Origin: Ginglymostoma cirratum
Lineage: Eukaryota
Direction of reading: 5' to 3'
DNA: 64,000 nucleotides
NCBI GenBank assembly: GCA_024137785.1
Contig: JAHRHZ010000002.1
Location: 5,614,661 to 5,678,660, forward strand
Numbering within the stretch: the first letter of the stretch is position 1; every line of letters begins with the position of its first letter. Under the pieces are notes generated by a model, which was given only the letters and a program-made list of their open reading frames with translations, ran no database searches and had not been told where the DNA came from. Positions 13,601 through 26,151 of this stretch are shown here, piece after piece. Made by a program: the position numbers and the translations under genes.

Positions 13601-16600
13601 ATAATTTGGTAAGGAAGGTGCACGGCATGCTTGCTTTCATCTGTCAGGACATTGAGTATAAAAGTTGGCAGTTCATGTTGCAGCTGTTTAAGCCTTTGGT
13701 CAGATGACATTTGGAGTAATGCATGCATTTCTGGTGACCACACCGTAGGAAGGATATGGAAGCTTTGGAGAGGGTACAAAAGAGGTTTACCAAGATGTTG
13801 CCTGGATTAGAGTGTATTAGCTATAAGAAGAAGTTAGACAAACATGGATTCCTTTTGCTAGAGCATCAGAGGCTTGGGGCAATCTGACAGAAGTGTATAA
13901 AATTATGAGAGGTGTGGATAGTTGCAATCTCTTTCCCATGGTGAAAATGTCAAATACTAGGGGACATAGAATTAAGGTGAGAGAGAATAAGTTTAAAGAA
14001 GGTGAACGAGGCTAGTGTTTTTATGCAAAGGATGGTGGGTGCCGGGGGTGGGGGAGGGGGGACGGGGTGCGGGAGGTGGGGTGGTGGTAGAAGCAGATAC
14101 AACAACAAAATTTAAGAGGCTTTTACACAGACAAAGGGAAGGAATAGAGGAATATGGACCATATGCACGCATATGGGTTTAGTTTAGAATGGCATCATAG
14201 AATCCCTACAGTGCATGTAGAGGCCATTCGGCCCACTGAGTCTACACCAACCCTCTGAAGAGCATCCTTTCCCAGCCCCACCCCATCCCACTAACCCTAC
14301 AACTCCCATGGCTAATCCAATTAGCGTGCACAACTGGGGACACTACAGGACAATTTAACATGACCAATCTGTCTAACCTGCACGTCTTTGGACTGTGGGA
14401 GGAAACCAGATCACCCAGCGGAAACCTCACAGGCATGTAAACTCGACACAGGCAGTCACCCAAGGCTGGAATCAAAACTGAGTCCCTGGTGCTGTGAAGC
14501 AGCAGAGCTAACCACTGATCTACAGTGTCACCCTATTGGCACCCTATTGGTTAGCACATTCAATTAATGGCCCTTATGGTCAGCACCAAAATGGTAGACC
14601 AAAGGGCTTGTTCCTGTGCTCTACTGTTTTTACAATCTGACTGTAATAGTGAATGGATACTTGCGTTAGAATATCAATCAAGGTTTGAGGTATGGTCGCG
14701 CGTGATAGAGAAGATGTGTTTAACCATGTGTCCATCATCTCTTTTGGGCTCTGGCTGTGGTTAGGTTTGAACTACCTGCAGTACACCTCGGGCTGTGAGC
14801 TGCTAGAGGACGGGACAGTCACTGGAAAACGGCATTACGCCTTCAACGGGCGAGAGCTGATCAGCTTCGACCTGGAGCACAGCACCTGGGTTGCCGTCTC
14901 CCCTTATGCGGAGTCTACCCAGAGAAAGTGGAACAGCAATGCAGGTGACAATGAGTACAAGCGATACTACACAAAGAAGATTTGCATCGAGTGGTTAAAC
15001 AAGTACCTTCGTGAAGGTGCTGCAGTACTGAATCGCAAAGGTAGGTCAGACCCGAACTGTGCTGTCACAAGGCAGCCATAAAATCCATGGAAATCGCTCT
15101 CCTGCATGCTCACGCCATGCAGAGACAAAACCTAGCTTGCTCAGGCACAGTGCAGACATCATTGCAGCTGGGTCAATACAAGATCCACACACACAGGGCA
15201 GAGAGTTCAGGGAACAGAGGCCGCCCCCCCCAGGTCAATATACAGGGCACAGAGCATGACACAACAGTGTACACAGTGCACAGCACAAAACAGTCTACAC
15301 AGAGCACAATAAATGTGTACACAGAGCATAGAGCGCAGTAAATGTGTGCACAGGGCATGGAGCACTGGACACAGCACAGTACACAGGGCACGGTGCACAG
15401 TACACAGCACAGTACAGAGGGCACGGTGCACAGTACACAGGGCATGGTGCACAGTACACAGCACAGTACAGAGGGCACGGTGCACAGTACACAGGGCATG
15501 GTGCACAATACACAGCACAGTACACAGGGTACTGTGCACAATACACAGGACAAAGTACACAGGGCATGGAGTACAATACACAGCACAGTACACATGGTAT
15601 GGAGCACTGCACACAGCACAGTACNNNNNNNNNNACACAGCACAGTACACATGGTATGGAGCACTGCACACAGCACAGTACGCATGTCACATAGCACAAT
15701 ACTGTACACAGGTCACAGAAAACAGGCAACAGTGTACAGTGCACAGCCCATAGCACAGCACACTGAGCTTGACTCCGGTTTCTCTCAAGGCTGGCTCTCT
15801 CAGGGAGGAGCAGGAAAATCCCAGAGCTGTTAGTAAGCTGGAAACAGGCAAACGCTGCCAAACTGCATCAAGGTGAAAGCAGTACTGAGGATGGCTAGAG
15901 GCTCTGGTGGTAAATTTACTGATTTGCCAAGAGTACGGGACTTGATTAAGCCTCTCACATAGACTGATCCCCAAGACTGTACTCTTCATTACACCAGAGT
16001 TGCAGGCAATATTAGAAACTAAAACCAGTCAGAGGGAGCCATTACAGTTAAAGTGAATGTCTCTTTCTCTCTCACTCTCTGTCTCCCCCTCTCTTTTTCA
16101 GCTGTCCCGGAGGCAAACGTCTATTACACGAATGGGCATAATGTCAACCTGCACTGCCTGGTCACCGGATTTTACCCACAATCAATCAATGTGACCTGGT
16201 TTGCAGACGGAAAGCCAGTCCCTGATACCCATAGCACAGGGATTCTACCCAACCACGATGGCACCTACCAAATAAGGGTAGTTTTCCAGATCGAACGTGA
16301 CGATGGCCGTAACTACGTGTGCCGTATTGAACACAGCAGCCTGCCTGCACCGAAGGAGATACTGTGGGGTAAGAGATGGGACTGACCCATGGGCTCCGAA
16401 TGGGAATACACTGGGGAACGGATGGGGATAACCCAGTATCAAAAACGAGAATGAAGTCAGGATCAGAAATCGGTGCAAGTGGGCGTAAAGCATGAGAGTA
16501 AGTTGGGATAAGTGATCGGAATGCAATTGGGTGAGGAATGGTGGGAGTCCGGGGAAAGGAATGGGAATGTAATAGAATAGGAATGTGGATCATCAAGAAT

Positions 16601-19600
16601 AAAGAATGGAGTGGTGTAGGGGGTAGTGTCCCTGTCTTTGAATCAGAAACCCCAGGTTTGATTCTCACTCTGGGAGATGGCAGTCCTGGAAGATGTTCAT
16701 TTTTAAACAATTATTTATTCATTTACAGGATGTGGGCATCACTGGCTAGTGCCACAGCATTTACTGCCCATTTCTGATTGTCCAAACCCATCTCTGATTA
16801 TCCAAATGGGTAGTTAAGAGTCATTGCTGTGGCACTGGAGTCACATGTAGGCCAGACTGGGATAGGATGACATTTTCTCTCCCTTAAGGAGCATTGTTGA
16901 ACCAGGTGGCTTTTTCCCTGACAACAGTTTCATGGTCACCATTAGACTCTTTATTCCAGATAGTTATTGAATTCAAAGTCCACCATCTGCCGTGGTGGAA
17001 TTAGAACCCCGGTTCCCTGGTCATTAGTTGAGTGTCCTGGATTAACAACCTAGCAATAATACCACTAAACCATTGCCTCCTCTCATGACTCGGTGTGCAG
17101 TCTTTGTGAGGAACATCTTGGTGCCAACAGCGTAGAGTTTGATCTTTGTCCCAGCTCAGCAATCTTCTTGGAGGGATATGGACTGGCCACAGGCAGGTGG
17201 GACTAGTTTAGTTTGGGATTATGTTCAGCACGGACTGGTAGGAGTGAAGGGTTTGTTTCTGTGCTGTGTGACACTATGACTCGAAGGAATGGGAATAGCT
17301 CAGGAGGAGAAGAATTAGAAATAGCCAGGGATTAGGAATGCCAGGAAGCAATGGGAATAAGAATGCAATAGGAGCAACCTGAATGGAAAGATTGGTTTCC
17401 ACGATGAGGAGATTAGGAGTGATTTTCCTGGGTCATATTCAGATTAAGCTGAAGGGATCCTTGCATGCGCTGGGAGAAGAGAAACATAGCTTTATTGTTC
17501 ACTTTTCCTGCAGTTTCCTGACTGCTAAGAGTCTGAATGTTCTCAGCAGTTAACGTCCTTGTCATTGTCTGAACTGCAAAAATATTTACCCTCTGAGGAC
17601 ACACCCCTGCCTCAGCTGCCCTTTGAACTCTCTGCAACTCTCCCACCCCTTTGCATTGGGACGCTGATCCTTCTGCATCACTGTCCCATTCAGTGTCATC
17701 TCCATCCCTTAGAATGGCCTTAGGCTCCCTCAGAACCTACTCCTGGTGTGTGCTGGGTGATTTTTGAGGACTCCCATAGCTCAAGGGCATTTGACCCATT
17801 ACTTCTCTCCTGGATAGCTGCAATGATGGCTAGAGCTGCAGAGGCCAGAGGAGAAGAAGGTTTAGCCATTCCACTGGGTTGGGACATTTCAGGCTGGGAT
17901 GAGGGCATCAGGGGCTGAGACTCAATGTGTTCCTTTATTCTTTCAGAGAAAGATGGCGGTGTGGTACCAGTGGTGATTGGCTGTAGCATTCTGCTTTTGC
18001 TGTTAATTTTCTGCATCGGAGCTGGCGTTTACTACTGGAAGCACAAGGATGAAGTGAACAAAAGAGTCACCATCTGCATGGGTCATGGTGAGAGTTATGA
18101 TTTATTGATCTCCATTCATCCGTCACAGTCATCGCACAACATTTTGCAGTTGGTTTAATGGGAACCAGTTTAAAGCAAAGCCCCGCGGTTTCAGGACACT
18201 CGTAAAGACCTTTCCAATGGGAATAATGTGGTTATGCAGAAATCAGAGCAGTGAGTTAATACACAGCAAGATCCAATTAACGGCGATTGACCAAACAATC
18301 AGCTGTCATACACACTGTTGAGGTATCAATACTACCCACAATGCATAGTGACATGTGCCCACTCTCCCCATTTGGAGTGTGCCTCAGGCTAATGACTCAT
18401 CCAAAAAATGGCCTCTTTAGAAAATGTACCTCTACCTTGCTGCAGCCGTTCAAATACTCTGCCACTGCCACAATTCGACACCTCTAGCAAAGAAGCGTTC
18501 CCTCAGCATGCACCCACTGACAGTGCGGCGCTCCCTCTGTACTGACCTGCCGATGGTGCAGCGCTTGCTCCGTACTGACCTGCCGACGGCGCGGCGCTCC
18601 CTCAGTACTGGATATCCTCACTCTCCAAATCCCTGTTTGTTTCAGTCATTTCCATTGCCTGTGTTAGCAACTCCAACAAAAGCAATCCCTAAACAATTTC
18701 ACCCAATCATTTGAAAAAAAAAAAGAATGCTGGAAATCACAGTGGGTCAGGCAGCAAGCTGATGTGTCGATTCTCGATGACTCTGATGAAGAGCTATTTA
18801 GCCTCGAAATGTTAGCTTTCTGTCTCTTCATGGATGCTGCCGGACCTGCTGTGATTCCCAGCATTTTTTGTTTTTAGTAAGTTTTCAGCATCTGCAGTAA
18901 TTTGCTTCTTCACCCAGCCATTACTCTGACTTACCACATGACAAATCCAATTGCTGACGAAGCTTGTCAATGATTTCACGATCTTCACGCCAATATCTTG
19001 ATGACTGAGGCTGTGCGTTTTTTATTTCTTTAGGGTCTATGGCAAGTAACTCTTCAACAAGCAGTGAGTATATTCGGAATGGATTGAATTCTAATGCAAT
19101 TATTTGTAAAGTCTGTTCTGGGGAATGATTGGCAGTGCCAGTCTGATTCATCACAGTACATCTCAAATCTAAGGGAGCATTGGGAAGTTTCTGGGGAGTG
19201 CTGGAAGAGAAGGGACTGAGAAGAGACAGACAGATAAGAGAATGTGGAGCTTTTGCCATGTCCTGTTTGCTGACTGAAGATGCACTGACAGTGAATACAG
19301 AATTCCACAATGAGTTTCCGTCTTCTCCCGCGTTGCTCAGGGAATGCACTGAGTTGGTTGGCTTTCTCCCAAAATCACTGCGATGGCAGGATGGCAGTCT
19401 GAACACCTTCCCTGTGATGGACAAGTATCTTGTCTTGGTTTCTAGATCAATGCTTTGGTGTGGCCTGAAGAGCTTCCCATGGTGGACAGATATCTGCACA
19501 CTACCTAGATCAATGGACTGGCATGGTCTACACAGCTCCCTATGCCAGACAGATATCTGGACTGGGTTTATAGATCAATGCACAAGTACGGTCTGCACAG

Positions 19601-20639
19601 CTCCCCATGGTGCCTAGAGATCTTAGAAACACAGAAACAGAAAAATGAGATGAAGGAGTAGGGCATTTGGCTCTTCGAGCCTGCACCACTATTCAGTACG
19701 CCTTCTCACCATATCTGTTGATCCCCGTAGCCGCAAGGGTCATGTCCAGCTCCCTCTTGCATATATCTAATTAACTAACCTCAACGGCTTTCTGTGGCAG
19801 AGAATTCCAAGGTTCACAACTCTCTGAGTGAAGAAATTCTTCCTCCTCTCAGTCTTGAATGGCTTACCCCTTATTTTTAGACTGTGACCCCGAGTTCTGG
19901 ACTTCCCCAATATCAGAAACATTTTTCCTGCTTCTTGCCTGTCCAGTCCCATGAGGATTTTACATCTTACTACGAGATCCCCCCTCATTCTTCTAAATTC
20001 CAGCGAATTCAAGCACAGTTGATCCAGTCTTTCCTCGTATGTTCCTGGATCAGTGCACTGCTGTGGTCCTCAGAGCTTCCAGCCCTGGATAGATGTGTAT
20101 TCCACGTTTACAGATCAAAACACTGGTATGGTCTCCATACTCCTCATTCTGGACGGACATCCCAGAGATTCTCAGCTGCTGGTGTTTTTGCAAATGATCT
20201 GGGAGAAGGCCGTCTTGGAATTCCTGTTTTTCTACCCCCATTGTTCTGTTGCCTGGTTATTGGAGCATGGGCAAGCAACTGGAGAAAGCGTGGCCTCCAT
20301 AGGGGTCACATGAGTCAGCACAGGTCACCTCGACCCATCGCTGGCCACAGTGACGTGGCAGAGACTGTGAACCATGTAGCCATCACTGGGGGCTGTGCAC
20401 CGAGCACAATAAGACAGCTGGTTATAAATGACTGTCCATCCACTTGACTCACTGACATTTCGCCATTTCTCTCTTCATTAGGTACTGATGGCAGCCAGAC
20501 GCTGAATGGCAGCAATTCAGACAGCAGTGAGAGTGGAAAGTGCCTTATCTCAGGTCCGCCAAGCAGTCCCAGCAATAAGCAAACTGTGCAAACACCACTG
20601 ATTCAAAACCCAGACGGCCCATTGCCACACCCTGCCTGA
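4593..20639 (+). CDS. UDA: MHC class I heavy chain gene A (nonclassical, UDA-like); join(4593..4644,9300..9563,14765..15040,16102..16368,17947..18087,20482..20639), ~385 aa
   Basis: Six exons with GT-AG borders, all introns phase 1, 1158 nt in total and open to a TGA. Order is leader, alpha1, alpha2, alpha3 (IgC1), TM, cytoplasmic. Y7, Y59, R84, T143, K146, W147, Y159 and Y171 are present and position 123 is L (8 of 9), as reported for UDA. The class I call is secure; the lineage name is an inference. Confidence 0.9.
6728..7035 (+). mobile_element. Penelope-like GIY-YIG fragment (second family)
   Basis: Degenerate PTATLRQTLTRIK..IP...YKIP...IGQT.RKL..R..HQLA. Confidence 0.7.
7100..9260 (+). 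mobile_element. CR1 LINE, decayed ORF2 3' part (intron 1 of gene A)
   Basis: RT remnants (LDFQK, SG..QGSVLGP) and the C-terminus YEERLNKLGLYSLEFRRMKADLIETYKI. Confidence 0.85.
9300..9563 (+). CDS. Gene A exon 2, alpha1 domain
   Basis: tttgacag|AG; ESHSLRYYYT...PEFIHVGVLD...YYDS...PRQPWM...YWEQET...RRTNSS; G|gttagt. N86 glycosylation sequon NSS. Confidence 0.97.
9611..9918 (+). mobile_element. HE1/V-SINE-type tRNA-derived SINE (other copies at ~14198-14520 -, 32860-33180 +, 40850-41160 -, 43030-43315 -, 46275-46600 +, 46736-46900 -)
   Basis: tRNA head GGGCAGCACGGTGGCTCAGTG...GGTTCG and V-domain GTGTGGAGTTTGCACATTCTCCCCGTG...CCCACAGTCCAAAGATGTGCAGGTTAGG. Confidence 0.85.
9935..10270 (+). repeat. 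Degenerate ~57-bp minisatellite (TGTTAG.GTGTGACCCAGG)
   Basis: About six recurrences. Confidence 0.75.
10260..14195 (+). mobile_element. CR1 LINE fragments with nested insertions
   Basis: Endonuclease-region remnants (YYRPPN, GDF.FPNIDW), SCLTN...DFTKAFDKV and a CR1 3' end; interrupted by the element at 11040-12060. Confidence 0.75.
11040..12062 (-). mobile_element. Rex/Babar-type LINE fragment
   Basis: ORF 11204-11431 KELITDSRK...INGAEVEMVES..FLGV...W..H....KAQQHLCFL. Confidence 0.7.
14765..15040 (+). CDS. Gene A exon 3, alpha2 domain
   Basis: ttag|GT; LNYLQYTSGCEL...FNGRELISFD...TQRKW...YYTKKICIEWLNKYL...RK G|gtaggt. C101-C164 pair present. Confidence 0.97.
15240..15770 (+). repeat. Minisatellite (CACAGTACACAGGGCA[C/T]GGTG / CACAG units), with gap
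   Basis: Tandem repeats visible directly; N run at 15625-15634. Confidence 0.9.
16102..16368 (+). CDS. Gene A exon 4, alpha3 IgC1 domain
   Basis: tttcag|CT; LHCLVTGFYPQSINVTW...LPNHDGTYQ...YVCRIEHSSL...W G|gtaaga. Confidence 0.97.
16715..17080 (-). mobile_element. Second SINE family (copies at ~20795-21020, 25050-25398, 27295-27450, 51490-51690)
   Basis: Shared GGAGTCACATGTAGGCCAGACC.GGTAAGGATGG...GAACCC core in all copies. Confidence 0.7.
17947..18087 (+). CDS. Gene A exon 5, connecting peptide and transmembrane segment
   Basis: tttcag|AG; VVPVVIGCSILLLLLIFCIGAGVYYW followed by basic KHK; CAT G|gtgaga. Confidence 0.9.
19630..20040 (-). mobile_element. CR1 LINE 3' fragment
   Basis: SLEFRRMRGDL...SRTRGHSLKIRG...FFTQRVV. 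Confidence 0.85.
20482..20639 (+). CDS. Gene A exon 6, cytoplasmic tail and stop
   Basis: ctcttcattag|GT in phase 1; Ser-rich GTDGSQTLNGSNSDSSESG... typical of class I tails; TGA at 20637-20639. Confidence 0.7.
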
Positions 20640-21537
20640 TGCTGGGGCTTCACTCGATCAGGAGACAGTGGAAATTGAAAAATAGCATTTTGCACTTCTT
20701 CTACATCCTCCTTGATTGTCTGTGACATTTTCTCCACTCGGTTGTCATGATTTAAATTAGATATTAATCCTTTCAAATGTGAACTTTCAGCTCTCAGACC
20801 GGGTAAGGATGGCAGTTTCCTTCCCTGAAGGTGAACCAGATGGGTTTTTCCCGACCATCGACGGTGGATTCATTGTCATCACTAGATTCTTAATTCTAGA
20901 TTTTTTTATTGAATTCAAATTCCACAAAGTGCCAAGGCAGGATTCGAACCCAGGTCCCTGGAACATTATCTGAGTCTCTGAATTAACAGTCCAACTATAA
21001 TACTACTGGGCCATCGCCTCCCCTTTGTCTAATAATTACTATGAATTGTTGTTCTGAACTGATGCAGTTGACTTGTGTCAATTCAGCAAGGAATTCTGTC
21101 ATCCTTTCCCCTATATGTGACACCAAACCCACAGCCATATGGTTGATTCTTGGGACCAGCCTATCCAGTGACACCCAAAAAGAGACCTCATGCAAGCTCC
21201 GTGATCAGCTGATCCACTCAATGCTCTTTCCATGAGTCTGATCGGACTAGCCAAAGGTGCCCTCTGAGCCTTTCATGACCCAGTGGGTGGGTGAGTCCTG
21301 TCCACACACTCCCTGCCCTGTGTATTCCTACCTTATTGGCTGCAGATGCTCAAGAGCTGCGAGAATAAGCAGTAAAGAGCAAGAGAACCCAACATCAACA
21401 GAGTGAGTGGGCACTGCTCTCTCAGCTGGGTCTGACGTGGATCAGTAACATTGTGTTGAATACAAGTCCAGTCTCATGCCTCATATAAAACTCAGATACC
21501 AAACACAAGTGGGAAATTGGCACAGAATGGCCTTTTA

Positions 21538-22320
21538 AGAACATAAGAACTAGGAGCAGGAGTAGGCCATCTGGCCCCTCGAGCCTGCCCCGCCATTTAG
21601 TAAGATCATGGCTGATCTTTTTGAGACTCAGCTCCACTTACCCGCTCGCACACCATAACCCTTAATTCCTTTACTGTTCAAAAATTTATCTAGCCTTGCC
21701 TTAAAAACATTCAGTGAGGTAGCTTCAACCGCTTCACTGGGCAGGGATTCCACAGATCCACAACACTTTGGGTGAAGAAGTTCCTCCTGACCTCAGTCCA
21801 ACATCTGCTTCCCTTTATTTTGAGGTGATGCCCTCTAGTCCTAGTTTCACCTGCTAGCGGAAACAACCCCCCTGCCTCCACCCTTCTTAATCTTATATGT
21901 TTCTGTAAGATCTCCCCTCATTCTTCTGAATTCCAATGAGTATAATCCCAGTCTGCGCTGTCTCTCCTCATAATACAAGCCTCTCAACTCTGGAATCAAC
22001 CGAGTTAATCTCCTCTGCACCCCCTCCAGTGCTAGGATATCTCTTCTCAAGTAAGGAGACCAAAACTGCACACAGTACTCCAGGTGTGGCCTCACCAGGA
22101 CCCTATACAGCTGCAGCATCACCTCCCTGTTTTTAAACTCCATCCCTCTGGCAATGGCAGACAAAATTCCATTTGCCTTTTTAATTACCTGCTGCACTAT
22201 TTTTAGTGATTCATGCACAAGGACACCCAAGTCTCTCTGACAGCAGCGTGCTGCAATCTTTCACCATTTAAAACATAGTCCATTTTGCTGTTATTCCTAT
22301 CAAAATGGATGACCTCACAC
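21538..22320 (-). mobile_element. CR1 LINE 3' fragment
   Basis: ORF 21847-22230 LYRVLVRPHLEYCVQFWSPY...LYSLEFRRMRGDL. Confidence 0.9.
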
Positions 22321-23024
22321 TCCTTATGTTCTTATAACAGAATCGGGACCGTACATGAGACTTTCAACATAATTAGCAATAATATACTTGTAAATCGATA
22401 TTGTAATTTAATCTATAATATATTCTGGGGCACTGTAGCTCTTGAGAGTAGACTAATGCTGTTTGTTCAAGGTTAGCAGAATGTGTTCCTGCTTGAGCAA
22501 ATTTTAATGTGAGAACAGGTGGGGTTTTAATGCTCAGAACAAAATAATCCTCAGTGGAGTTGGGGTGGGGGTGAGATTAATGCTCCAGACACGTTAATCC
22601 TCTGAAGCATAAAGCTCAAAAAGGGGATTTAATACTCTGAGGAAGCTTCCTAGGCCTAGAGTGTATTAATGCTCAGACTGGTTGTTGCTTGGAGGGAGTT
22701 AATGATCAAGGGTGAGGGCTAATACTTGGTGAATTTTAATGCTTGTGTGGGGGTCTTCAAAGTGGTCAGAAGTAGATTAATGCTTTGAGCTGACCTAAAT
22801 TCTCATAGAGATTAATAGTCGGAGGGACATTTAATTCTTGAATGATGGGAGAATTAACATTCCAAATGGATTAATTCTTGGAAAGAGATTAATGCTTGCC
22901 TGGGAGGGTTATTACTGTAGTTAGATTAATCCTTGAGCATTAATTTCCCTCCAGAGGCAAGAGTTAAGGCTCTGGTAGGGAGGAGAGAGGTGAGGTGTTA
23001 AGACTTGTTTGACATATGAATAAA

Positions 23025-23420
23025 GAAACATAGACAATAGGTGCAGGTATAGGCCATTCAGCCCTTCGATTCTTCACCATCATTCAATATGGTCATGGTA
23101 GATTGTGCAATCTCAGTATCCCATTCCTGCCTTCTCCCCATATCCCTTCATCCCTTTAGTCATAAGGGCCACATCCAGTTTCGTCTCAAATATATCTAAT
23201 GAAGTGGCTTCAACAGTTTCCTGTGGGAAAGAATTCCACAGGTTCACAACTCGTTGAGTGAAAATTTTTTTCCTCATCTCAATCCTGAATGGTTTACCCC
23301 TTATTGTTAGGCTGTGACTCTTAGTTGTAGACTTGCCCAACAGCAGGAACATGCTTCCAGCATCTAGCCTGTCCAGTCTCATCAGGGTTTTAAATACTTC
23401 TATGAGATCCCCCTCATTCT
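23025..23420 (-). mobile_element. CR1 LINE 3' fragment
   Basis: ORF 23113-23382 FTQRVVNLWNS.PQ. Confidence 0.8.
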
Positions 23421-24019
23421 TGGAGGGGATGTGGAAAATTTAATGATTGAGAGGATTAATGATCTGAGTGCATAATTGTTTGAAGTTGACAATTATAATG
23501 TCTTAAGATTTGTAAAGAATGGCAGTCATATTTTTCAGTTTTATCCTCACCTCTGTACAATGCCTCTTTTGTGTAATTTCATTTTGCTGTTCTACTTTTT
23601 TACTTGTGACTTTGCACCATCAAATAAAGAATAAAGAAACCAGGTGTGTGGGTGTGTCTGACACCAAATTCTCATCGTCCACTTCAACAGATAGACCCTG
23701 CGTTATCCCTGGGAACACCGTCACTCTGTGGAATGGGAGCAAAGCCCTGTGAGAAATCCGTCAATGTTTTCATTCTGATCCCATTGTACGTGCAGCTGGG
23801 AAGGACATAGGAGAGGATGGAGAGGGGAGATTAGGTGTGGATAGCAGATGGAGGGAGGGTAGAGTGGGAGGGACCAAGGGAGGAAAATTGAGCGTGAGAA
23901 TGATATGAGGGGAAAAGAGGAGGTGGGAGAGGACACCTTTCCCAGATTGCTTTACTGTGATGTCAACTGCGAGGACACAATTCCCAGAAATGGCTACTTC
24001 CTATCCCACATTTTTTATA

Positions 24020-25640
24020 TGAGCAGAAGTAGACTATTTGGTTGCCTGAGCCTGCTCTACCATTTAATGAAGTCATGCATGATTTGCCTGTGTTACAAAT
24101 TCCATGCCCCCATCTGTGCCCAATCACCTTTCACTCTACTGTCTGTAAAGAAACCTATCTGCCTCTGTCTTAAAAAATTCAATAACCCCACCTCTTACAC
24201 CTTCTCATACGCAGAATGCCAAAGTCACAAAACCACTGAATAGAAATCTCTTATTTAAAGGGTGCCCCTAATTTTAAAACTGGACCCCGGTTCTGACTGA
24301 TCCACACTGTCAAGAGCATTCAGGATCTTATGAACCTCAAGACAGTCACCCCTGATTTCTTCTAAGCTCCACTGGAACAAGCCCAAGCTTGTCCAATGCC
24401 ACCTCATAAGACAACCCACACATCCCAGGTATCAAGCTGGTTCTTTGAACGAGCCTCCAATGTATTGACATCTTTCTTTAAAAATGGAGACCAAACCTGC
24501 GCACAAAATTCAAGATGTGGTCTCACCGGTGCCTTGTACAATTGAAGAACAACTTCCTTACTTTTATGTTCAATTCTTTTTGTAATAGAGACAGTATCCC
24601 ATTAGACTTCTCAATTGCCTGCTGTGACTGCGCGCTAAGGTTTTGTGACTCGTGCACTAGACAACTTAAATCGCCCTGCACCTCAGCATTTAACAGTACT
24701 TCTCCATTTAAGTAACATTCTGCTTTTTAATTCTTCCTGCCAAAGTGAACCACATCACACTTTTCGACATTGTACTCCATCTGCCGGATTTTTGCCCATT
24801 CCTTCATTCTATCTATATTCATCTGCAACTTCTCTACATCTTCTCAACTTAACTATCCTCAGTGCCATCTGTGAATTTAACTGCCATACCTTTGCGTATG
24901 GGTTGTAGGATATTGATGTAGAATGTACAATGTTGATGCCCCAGCACAGACCTCTGCACCATCCATCTATTCTATACTCAGACAATGATTCATTGTAGGT
25001 AGTCTCCGGTTTCTTAGCCAATCTTCTTTCCATGCTAATAGGTTTTTTTAATTCATTAATGGGATGTGGGCATTACTGGCTAGGCAGCAGTTATTGCCCA
25101 TCCCTAATTGCCCAGAGGGCAGTTCAGAGTCAACCACATTGCTGTGGGCCCGGAGTCACATGTAGGCCAGACCAGGTAAGGATGGCAGTTCCTTTCCCTA
25201 AAGGTCATTAGTGAACTAGATTAGTTTTTCCAACAATCGACAATGGCTTCATGGTCACCATTAGATTCTTAATTCCAGATATTTTTATTCAATTCAGATT
25301 CCACCATCTGCCAATGTAGGATTTGAACCCGGGTCCCCAGAATGTTACCTGGGTTTCTGGATTAACAGTCCGGCAATAATACTACTCGGCCATCACCTAC
25401 AACAGGAGGTTTTATTTTCTGCAGTATCCTTTAATCTGGCACTTTTTCAAATGCCTTCTGGAAATCAAATACAGTACATCTACAGGTTCCCCTTTATCCA
25501 CAGTACACATTACACTTTCAAAGAACTCCAGTCAATTAGTTAAGCGTGATTCCCTTTTCATAAACTATGCCAACTCTTCCCAATGATCACAAGATTTTCT
25601 TCTGAGTATAGCTGTAATCTCTTTAATGATTGATTCTAAC
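24020..25640 (-). mobile_element. Old CR1 LINE fragment with nested SINE (25050-25398)
   Basis: Degenerate CR1 ORF2 3' sequence. Confidence 0.6.
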
Positions 25641-26123
25641 ATCTAAATTATTTTTTAGTAGCAGTGATTGATGATGCTACAAACTTTTTCTGCATTGCCC
25701 CACAATATATACAATGTGGAAATTTCCCCTGTCCCTCCCTACATTACATCTTACACTACCTATTGCATCCCACTATCCCCTCTCCCCTTCCAAATCACCA
25801 CTATAGTGCTACACATTAGTGCAGACCCCTCTTTCCTTCCATCCCACAGATGGTGTAAACTTCAGAGCTTTAATAACTGTTCATAGATCAAAAGAAGCAG
25901 CATTAACTCTATTTGGAATAAACCGTTAAGGGACAAAGAATGTTATCCAGGAATTGGAAGCAATTAGCCGTGTCTGGGTGTAGCAGAAGTCAAAGCTAGA
26001 TAAACAAAGCTGTTTTTCTCATCTGAGATAAAAGGTACTGCAGATGCTGGAGAATCCGAGATAACAAGCATGGGGCTGGATGAACACAGCAGGTCAAGCA
26101 GCATCATAGGAGCAGGAAAACTT

Positions 26124-26151
26124 GACGTTTCGGGCCTAAACCCTTCATCAG
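26124..26151 (-). ncRNA. Minimal hammerhead ribozyme motif
   Basis: Reverse complement CTGATGAAGGGTTTAGGCCCGAAACGTC. Confidence 0.65.

Noticed and set aside
15173-15861. Overlapping Cys/His-rich ORFs (keratin-associated or metallothionein-like)
   Set aside because: They are translations of an intronic minisatellite, open in several frames on both strands.
4593-20639. Gene A as the classical UAA locus
   Set aside because: Not excluded, but L123, N119/E122 and the atypical NYLQYTSGC strand fit a nonclassical lineage better, and no TAP or PSMB genes are in the window. Needs phylogeny.
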